The position numbers were made by a program, and so were the translations under genes. The notes below the pieces were generated by a model. The model was not told where the DNA came from, searched no databases, and saw nothing but the letters and a program-made list of their open reading frames with translations. Positions 1 to 4,682 of a DNA stretch of 5,340 nucleotides are shown here, piece by piece. The DNA lies in IMG/VR virus record IMGVR_UViG_2541047120_000017. One strand, 5' to 3'. Within the stretch, counting starts at the first letter, position 1; the number at the start of each line of letters is the position of its first letter. The stretch comes from a virus (Duplodnaviria > Heunggongvirae > Uroviricota > Caudoviricetes).

Positions 1-101
1 GTTTTGCTTTTGGTATACGTCATCGCGGTGAATGTACCGTCCTGGTTGGGAAACACGCCGTACACCAGAGATTCGTTGTTGCCAAGATCGATAGTATCCA
101 T
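1..101 (-). CDS. Small prophage protein, N-terminal part only (gene continues past window start); N-terminus MDTIDLGNNESLVYGVFPNQDGTFTAMTYTKSK; resembles DUF1391 (YdfA/YdaF-type) small proteins
   Basis: ATG at 101-99 on the minus strand with GAGG 5 nt upstream; frame stays open to the window edge. Not in the supplied ORF track because it is truncated. Family assignment is recalled, not verified. Confidence 0.5.
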   Translation of the reverse strand, partial: MDTIDLGNNESLVYGVFPNQDGTFTAMTYTKSK

Positions 102-287
102 GTTGACCTCATTTCCCCTTAACGCCGGGTAGCGGAACAAAAACCTGCTGCATAGTTATTAAAGTTGAACCCTGCCGTCATGTTCATACGCCTCGGGCTG
201 GCTACTTACCCCCTGACCACTGCTTGGTAACTCGAAGTATTGCCCGGCGTTCTGTGGGGCGGGGTGGGTGGTTGGTGTATGTAATCT

Positions 288-327
288 ACAATAAAAAACT
301 GTTTTTGTGTCAACAGTTTTTAATTGT
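288..327. promoter_or_regulatory. Palindromic operator-like site (OL-like): ACAATAAAAAACTGT (288-302), 10-nt spacer, ACAGTTTTTAATTGT (313-327, one mismatch to the perfect inverse)
   Basis: The 16-mer ACAATAAAAAACTGTT is identical to the one at 1323-1338. The site lies upstream of the minus-strand gene starting at 101 and just past the parE terminator. TTGACA on the minus strand (313-308) sits in the spacer. Confidence 0.5.
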
Positions 328-337
328 TGTTTTGGGC

Positions 338-360
338 AAAAAAATCCCTCGAAAGAGGGA
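338..360 (-). terminator. Rho-independent terminator candidate for the repressor-antitoxin-toxin operon
   Basis: On the minus-strand transcript: 6-bp stem UCCCUC/GAGGGA (345-350 with 355-360) with a 4-nt loop, followed directly by U7 (plus-strand A-run 338-344). It begins about 20 nt after the toxin stop at 379-381. Confidence 0.5.
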
Positions 361-378
361 GTATGAAAATTGTTCAAC

Positions 379-666
379 TCAGATAGAGAAGGGAAATTGT
401 CGCCGAGAATGTGTCACGCTTACAATCTCAATGCTTGAAGCAGCTACTCTGTACAGGATTATGTAGTTAGGGTGGGTCACGATCTCTCTCAATCCAGAAA
501 CCCGTTCGCTTGGTGGATATAAGTACGGATGCTCAGATAGAGGTAATACCGATGTTTCAATGCGTATTTTTAGTCTACGTGCTGCCGGTGGGTTCTCCTT
601 GGCGATGTAAGTTATGATCTGGCGCAAATCATCGCGAGCAGACGGTAGCCATAAAATGGGTAACAT
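379..666 (-). CDS. parE: ParE/RelE-family toxin of a type II toxin-antitoxin system (ParE2-like, 95 aa)
   Basis: ORF track 379..666. Motifs LWLPSARDDLRQIITYIA, LPLSEHPYLYPPSERVSGLREIV and HPNYIILYRV...IEIV fit the ParE fold. Its ATG overlaps the stop of the upstream small ORF (minus-strand TAATG at 668-664). Confidence 0.85.
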   Translation of the reverse strand: MLPILWLPSARDDLRQIITYIAKENPPAARRLKIRIETSVLPLSEHPYLYPPSERVSGLREIVTHPNYIILYRVAASSIEIVSVTHSRRQFPFSI

Positions 667-857
667 TACTCGCTCTTGTTAGTTACAGCAATTTGAGCAA
701 TAAGATTTTCCATTTCAGCCATTACCTCGTCATGTGGAATTGCGGGGCGAGTGTCTGCAAGGCTTGACGTTACTTTAGTGCGCAACCATTCGTTGTAACT
801 GTTTTCTTGTTCGGTAGTTTCGAATTCTGAAACTATCGGAGAAAGGGCTGTACCCAT
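666..857 (-). CDS. paaA: Small acidic antitoxin (PaaA2-like, 63 aa) partnered with the ParE toxin
   Basis: ORF track 666..857. GAGGAG lies 7 nt upstream of the ATG at 857. The stop is coupled to the toxin start. Size and the segment SEFETTEQENSYNEWLRTKV...RPAIPHDEV match the recalled PaaA2 antitoxin. Confidence 0.75.
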   Translation of the reverse strand: MGTALSPIVSEFETTEQENSYNEWLRTKVTSSLADTRPAIPHDEVMAEMENLIAQIAVTNKSE

Positions 858-884
858 GGCATAACTCCTCTTCTTGTACTGTGG

Positions 885-1286
885 TCACGCCCGGCGGCTT
901 TTTTGTGCCGCCAGCCACCTAGCAATGGTTTCTTCCATTGATTTTTTCTTGTCTTTGATTTCTTGAAGCATTTTTTCTTGGTCTTCCTCAGGAAACGCAC
1001 TAAAAGCTTGGAGCAGTTCGCGTTGGCGAGGACCAATTTTCATCGTGTCAGGGGTGAAAATTTGCTCACACTCTTCAGGAGGCAATAAAAACCAATGCAA
1101 TGGATGCCCTGAAACCTCAACCAGTTTATCCAAACTTGAGGCTTTAGGTGTAGCCTTACCGCTGACCCATTGTTGAACAGTTTGTTGTGTCACACCAATT
1201 CTACGGGCAAGCTCAGCCTGGCTCCATCCAGTTTCCTGAAGAAGCTTGCTGATTCTGTACATAGATACTTCTAGGGCGCTCATCAT
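885..1286 (-). CDS. paaR: DicA/cI-type HTH repressor without a peptidase domain (PaaR2-like regulator; likely prophage maintenance repressor), 133 aa
   Basis: ORF track 885..1286. XRE-type HTH (SQAELARRIGVTQQTVQQWVSGK) and a C-terminal part (RELLQAFSAFPEEDQEKMLQE) parallel DicA architecture. It is divergent from the Cro-like gene. Tandem ATGATG start with no SD; alternative start at 1283. Confidence 0.85.
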   Translation of the reverse strand: MMSALEVSMYRISKLLQETGWSQAELARRIGVTQQTVQQWVSGKATPKASSLDKLVEVSGHPLHWFLLPPEECEQIFTPDTMKIGPRQRELLQAFSAFPEEDQEKMLQEIKDKKKSMEETIARWLAAQKSRRA

Positions 1287-1322
1287 TATTCAATTTTACA
1301 GGTAAATACTGTTAAAAGCATC

Positions 1323-1361
1323 ACAATAAAAAACTGTTGATTGCATACAGTTTTTTATTGT
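1323..1361. promoter_or_regulatory. Palindromic operator-like site (OR-like) in the divergent repressor/Cro-like intergenic region: ACAATAAAAAACTGT (1323-1337), 9-nt spacer, ACAGTTTTTTATTGT (1347-1361), a perfect 15-bp inverted repeat
   Basis: Perfect inverted repeat read directly from the sequence, duplicated at 288-327. It sits between the repressor start (1286) and the Cro-like start (1395). Confidence 0.55.
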
Positions 1362-1394
1362 AGGTTTTGCTTATAGTTTTTAGAGGAGGGCAAA

Positions 1395-1667
1395 ATGCTA
1401 GATAGCACTCGCGAAAAAATTAGGCAGAAATACACTCAGGCTGAAATAGGTCGTTATATGGGGGTCGCTCAACAGACTGTTTGGCAATGGTTTAGCTTTG
1501 GCGTTCCCCCAAAGCAGGTAATTCCGTTATGCCAACTAATGAAGTGGGAAGTTACCCCGCATGAAATCCGCCCAGATATTTATCCTAACCCAACCGACGG
1601 TTTACCTGTTGGATGTAAGGTTAACACATCAAATGCGCCGGAGTTGATTCATGAAAATCAAGCATGA
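1395..1667 (+). CDS. Cro-like HTH regulator of the YdaS type (90 aa)
   Basis: ORF track 1395..1667. Strong SD GAGGAGGG 4-5 nt upstream. HTH segment TQAEIGRYMGVAQQTVWQWF and the VTPHEIRPDIY motif are typical of YdaS-type Cro analogues. Divergent from the repressor. Confidence 0.8.
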   Translation: MLDSTREKIRQKYTQAEIGRYMGVAQQTVWQWFSFGVPPKQVIPLCQLMKWEVTPHEIRPDIYPNPTDGLPVGCKVNTSNAPELIHENQA

Positions 1668-2076
1668 ACACATCCGCATGGCGATGAATGCCTGGGCGCA
1701 TCCGGACGGCGAAAAAGTACCGGCTGCGAAAATTACCAAAGCGTATTTCGAGCTGGGAATGACGTTCCCGGAACTGTATGACGACAGCCATCCGGAAGCC
1801 ATGGCTCGCAATACTCAGAAAATTTTCCGCTGGGTGGAGAAAGACACTCCTGATGCGGTTAAAAAAATTCAGGCGTTGTTACCAGCGATCGAAAAAGCGA
1901 TGCCGCCTCCGCTGGTGGCCCGAATGCGCAGCCACAGTTCCGCTTATTTTCGGGAGTTGGTAGAGACGAAGGAACGGCTGGTGAAAGATATTGATGATTT
2001 CGTTGCATCAGCGATCGTTCTGTTCGATCAGATGAATCGTGGTGGCCCGGCAGGAAACACTCTGGCTGTGCATTAA
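1651..2076 (+). CDS. ydaT: YdaT-type protein (CII-like regulator family, 141 aa)
   Basis: ORF track 1651..2076. GGAG 7 nt upstream of the ATG. N-terminus MKIKHEHI and overall size match the recalled Rac YdaT. Overlaps the preceding gene by 17 nt. Confidence 0.8.
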   Translation: MKIKHEHIRMAMNAWAHPDGEKVPAAKITKAYFELGMTFPELYDDSHPEAMARNTQKIFRWVEKDTPDAVKKIQALLPAIEKAMPPPLVARMRSHSSAYFRELVETKERLVKDIDDFVASAIVLFDQMNRGGPAGNTLAVH

Positions 2077-2089
2077 TTGGGTAATAAAT

Positions 2090-2599
2090 ATGAGTAATGA
2101 CAAAAAATTGACACTGAGCGTTTACGAAAACAGTCCGCACATCTGGCGTGGCGGTTTATCTGATGTGGAGCTGGCAGAGTGGTTGATACATAAAGCTAAT
2201 GCGCTGCTCTGGCGTTTGTCAGCCAGAGAACAGCGCAAGGAAACCAGAATAAAGCTGGCTGATGCAGAAGCGTGTGCCGGGCTTATTGAGGATTATACAA
2301 ATCTTGGTATTTCTTCAGCAGAGAGTGATCCCATTCAGCCTCTGAGCAGGGAGTCAATCCAGCACGCTGGTTGTATGGCACATCTTGTAACTGCTCGTCA
2401 ACATGAGGTGGGTATTGGATCACTTCCGGCGGGATATTCGCTGATTCCAGAGCTGGTTGAAGCAAGAAAATCAGTTCAGAAAAAGAGAGATGACGCACTT
2501 CAATTATTGAGAGAGCACTATGGCGCGATACCAGAATGCGAACAGCGTCGATACCCTGAAGGTTATGAATGGATGCAGTCTCTTTTTGAAGTTCGCTAA
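2090..2599 (+). CDS. Hypothetical protein of unknown function (169 aa), start chosen at MSNDKK
   Basis: In-frame ATG at 2090, 13 nt after the ydaT-like stop. Hand-counted first-codon-position base use is coding-like (G about 34 percent), and CAG>CAA, AAA>AAG. The track ORF 2039..2599 would overlap ydaT. It competes with an antisense ORF at 2283-2738. Confidence 0.55.
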   Translation: MSNDKKLTLSVYENSPHIWRGGLSDVELAEWLIHKANALLWRLSAREQRKETRIKLADAEACAGLIEDYTNLGISSAESDPIQPLSRESIQHAGCMAHLVTARQHEVGIGSLPAGYSLIPELVEARKSVQKKRDDALQLLREHYGAIPECEQRRYPEGYEWMQSLFEVR

Positions 2600-2816
2600 T
2601 CAATATGTCGAGACGAAGGTATGTTTCGGCGCGCAGCCAGGCTCTGTAATCCGGGAGCATTTCGGGGCTGTTACACCAGCGGTTTGTTGCTGCAACATTT
2701 AATACATGAGCCTGATAAAGGCTTTTCAAAAAATACATGTCGAACCTCCTCTGGTTCTGTCGATTGGGAACCACAGATTATATCCGGAGGAAGGTTCGGC
2801 ACCAGATGAGGTAGCC

Positions 2817-3908
2817 ATGCGTGATTACGCAAAAGTTTCTCCGCGATTCTGGCTGGGAGAAACGGGGAGAGAACTTAGAAAGGCGGGTGCAGAAGCGCAA
2901 GTTGTTGCTTTTTACCTGATGACATCCCCTCACGCAAATATGCTGGGTTTGTATTACCTGCCAGTTTTATACCTTGCTCATGAAACCGGGCTTGGTCTGG
3001 AAGGGGCTTCAAAGGGGCTTAAAAGGGCTGTTGAAGCTGGTTTTTGTAGCTATGACCATGATGCAGAGATGGTCTGGGTCCATGAAATGGCAGCCTGGCA
3101 GGTTGGGGAAACGTTGAAGCCTGGCGATAACCGTTGTGCAGGTGTCAGGAATGAGTATGCATCATTACCTGAAAACGCTTTTCTGTCAGTGTTTTACGAC
3201 AGATATAAAACGGATTTCCATCTGGATGTGAGGCGGAATAATAGCCGAAATTCGGTAAGGGGCTTCGAAGGGGCTTTTAAGGGGCTTCGAAGCCAAGAAC
3301 AGGAACAGGAGCAGGAGAAAGAACAGGAACAGGACAAAAACACTATGGTTCATGGCAAAAAAAACACCACGAACCAGGCAGGGGATGTTCAGACCGTCAA
3401 TCCTGGTCAGCCAGCAGGCACGACACCGGAAGCCGATTCGGGCGCTGTGCAGCAGGTGATGACCGCAGGGTCGGAGCAATCACACCAACTGCAGCAGCCT
3501 GAAGCCGATTCCGCCATTCAGCGGGAAGCCGATCGGGTAGTCCCGGAAAGCACCGGGCAGTCTGTGGGACGAGTGGATTATCCGGATGTGTTCGAACAGG
3601 TCTGGCGGGAATACCCGTTGCGTGCTGGGGCAAACCCGAAGAAATCCGCTTTCAGTGCCTGGAAGGCCAGATTGCGCGAGGGGGTGCCACCAGAGACCAT
3701 GCTGGATGGTGTGAGGCGTTACGCGAGATACCTGGCGGCGACCGGGAAAGCGGGAACGGAATTTGTTCAGCGAGCGACGACGTTTTTTGGGCCGGACCGG
3801 AATTTTGAAAACCCCTGGTTGCTCCCGGTAAGCGGCACGAACAACCAGCGTTGTGTGAATCATATTTCTGAACCGGATACCGAAATTCCGCCGGGATTCA
3901 GGGGGTGA
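2817..3908 (+). CDS. Replication initiation protein (lambda O-like role; occupies the position just upstream of the DnaC-like gene), about 363 aa
   Basis: ORF track 2706..3908. Start preferred at the ATG at 2817 because GAGG lies 5 nt upstream, whereas the ATG at 2706 has no SD. N-terminal domain, low-complexity E/Q-rich linker and C-terminal domain. Iteron-like DNA repeats lie inside the gene. Immediately followed by the helicase-loader gene. Confidence 0.8.
   Translation: MRDYAKVSPRFWLGETGRELRKAGAEAQVVAFYLMTSPHANMLGLYYLPVLYLAHETGLGLEGASKGLKRAVEAGFCSYDHDAEMVWVHEMAAWQVGETLKPGDNRCAGVRNEYASLPENAFLSVFYDRYKTDFHLDVRRNNSRNSVRGFEGAFKGLRSQEQEQEQEKEQEQDKNTMVHGKKNTTNQAGDVQTVNPGQPAGTTPEADSGAVQQVMTAGSEQSHQLQQPEADSAIQREADRVVPESTGQSVGRVDYPDVFEQVWREYPLRAGANPKKSAFSAWKARLREGVPPETMLDGVRRYARYLAATGKAGTEFVQRATTFFGPDRNFENPWLLPVSGTNNQRCVNHISEPDTEIPPGFRG
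2988..3030. repeat. Iteron-like cluster A: GGGCTT-type motifs at 2988, 3004, 3014 and 3025 (AAGGGGCTTC / AAAGGGGCTT / AAAAGGGCTG)
   Basis: Direct repeats at 10-11 bp spacing inside the initiator coding sequence. Successive copies are read in different codon frames. Confidence 0.4.
3257..3289. repeat. Iteron-like cluster B: three tandem 11-bp units AAGGGGCTTCG / AAGGGGCTTTT / AAGGGGCTTCG
   Basis: Exact tandem repeats with 11-bp period. The three copies are translated in three different frames (RGF / EGAF / KGLR), so the repeat is a DNA-level feature. Confidence 0.5.
3297..3338 (+). repeat. Hexanucleotide tandem repeat (GAACAG)n, 7 units with variants, encoding an (EQ)n linker
   Basis: Units GAACAG GAACAG GAGCAG GAGAAA GAACAG GAACAG GACAAA read directly from the sequence. 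In frame with the initiator gene. Confidence 0.7.
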
Positions 3909-3914
3909 TGTGGC

Positions 3915-4661
3915 ATGAAAAACATTGCGGCAGCCGGGGTTCTTGAACGTATTCGCAGACTTGCACCACAGGCGTCGGTTCCACCGTACCGGACGGTGGA
4001 GGAGTGGCGGGAATGGCAACTTGCTGAAGGACGAAAACGCAGCGAGGAGATTAACCGCCAGAATCACCAGTTGCGGGTGGAAAAAATCCTGAATCGTTCG
4101 GGCATCCAGCCTCTGCACAGCAAATGCTCGTTTGCGAATTATCAGGTGCAGAACGACGGGCAAAAATACGCGCTGAGCCAGGCCAAATCCATAGCTGACG
4201 AACTGATGACCGGGTGCACGAATTTTGTGTTCAGCGGTAAAACCGGCACCGGGAAAAATCACCTTGCAGCGGCGATGGGTAACCGGCTGATGGCGAAGGG
4301 GCGCAGCGTGATTATCGTCACCGTGTCTGATGTCATGAGCGTGTTGCATGACAGCTACGACAACGGCAAATCCGGGGAAAAATTTTTACAGGAGCTTTGC
4401 AGTGTTGATTTGCTGGTCCTGGATGAAATAGGCGTTCAGCGGGAGACGAAAAACGAGCAGGTGGTATTACACCAGATAATTGATCGCCGGACAGCATCAC
4501 TGTGCAGTGTCGGGATGTTAACAAACCTGAATCATGCCGCAATGAGTACACTTCTTGGTGAGAGGATTATGGACCGCATGACCATGAACGGTGGTCGATG
4601 GGTGACGTTTAACTGGGATAGCTGGCGTCCAAATGTCAGCAATATGAGGGTTGTGAAGTAA
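3915..4661 (+). CDS. dnaC: DnaC-type AAA+ helicase loader (phage replication protein; YdaV-position), 248 aa
   Basis: ORF track 3915..4661. Walker A FSGKTGTGKNHLAAA, with the GKN variant characteristic of DnaC. Walker B LLVLDEIG. C-terminal WVTFNWDSWR resembles the DnaC C-terminus. SD GGGGGTGA upstream. Confidence 0.9.
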   Translation: MKNIAAAGVLERIRRLAPQASVPPYRTVEEWREWQLAEGRKRSEEINRQNHQLRVEKILNRSGIQPLHSKCSFANYQVQNDGQKYALSQAKSIADELMTGCTNFVFSGKTGTGKNHLAAAMGNRLMAKGRSVIIVTVSDVMSVLHDSYDNGKSGEKFLQELCSVDLLVLDEIGVQRETKNEQVVLHQIIDRRTASLCSVGMLTNLNHAAMSTLLGERIMDRMTMNGGRWVTFNWDSWRPNVSNMRVVK

Positions 4662-4682
4662 TTTTGTCCGGAGGAAATTTTA

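Larger units (their letters stand above)
3257..3370. other. Candidate origin of replication embedded in the initiator gene (iterons, then hexamer repeats, then an A-rich tract with A8 at 3357-3364)
   Basis: Architecture analogous to lambda ori, which lies inside the O gene linker. Assigned by inference only. Confidence 0.35.

Noticed and set aside
159-377. Minus-strand ORF of 72 aa
   Set aside because: It spans the terminator hairpin and the operator palindrome. The composition is not protein-like and the region has a better regulatory explanation.
224-466. Plus-strand ORF of 80 aa
   Set aside because: It is antisense to the ParE toxin gene and runs through the terminator and the palindrome. 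The product is Arg/Cys/Gly-rich and there is no SD, so it is likely an out-of-frame artefact.
833-1036. Minus-strand ORF of 67 aa, rich in K and R
   Set aside because: It lies out of frame inside the repressor gene and the antitoxin start region. The lysine/arginine-rich product is typical of an alternative frame of an acidic coding region.
2039-2089. Upstream extension of the 169-aa ORF from the ATG at 2039
   Set aside because: It would overlap the last 38 nt of the ydaT-like gene and begin with an unlikely MVARQETLWLCINWVIN peptide. The ATG at 2090 follows the ydaT stop and is preferred.
1629-2140. Three overlapping ORFs (1629-1811 minus, 1778-1963 plus, 1859-2140 minus)
   Set aside because: All lie inside or antisense to the YdaT-type gene, which has family-level support. 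There are no independent translation signals.
2711-2735. Short hairpin GCCT-gataa-AGGC followed by TTTT on the plus strand
   Set aside because: A 4-bp stem is too weak for a confident intrinsic terminator, and it lies within a possibly coding N-terminal extension of the initiator gene.
2520-2809. Plus-strand ORFs 2520-2702 (60 aa) and 2621-2809 (62 aa)
   Set aside because: The products are Cys/Arg-rich. The ATG at 2621 has only 1 nt between the purine tract and the start. Both overlap better-supported features.
3186-4349. Minus-strand ORFs 3186-3479 (97 aa), 3397-3633 (78 aa) and 3480-4349 (289 aa)
   Set aside because: They are antisense to the initiator and DnaC-type genes in the GC-rich part of the window. 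The products are Arg/Pro/His-rich and low-complexity, and the plus-strand genes carry clear Walker motifs and domain structure.
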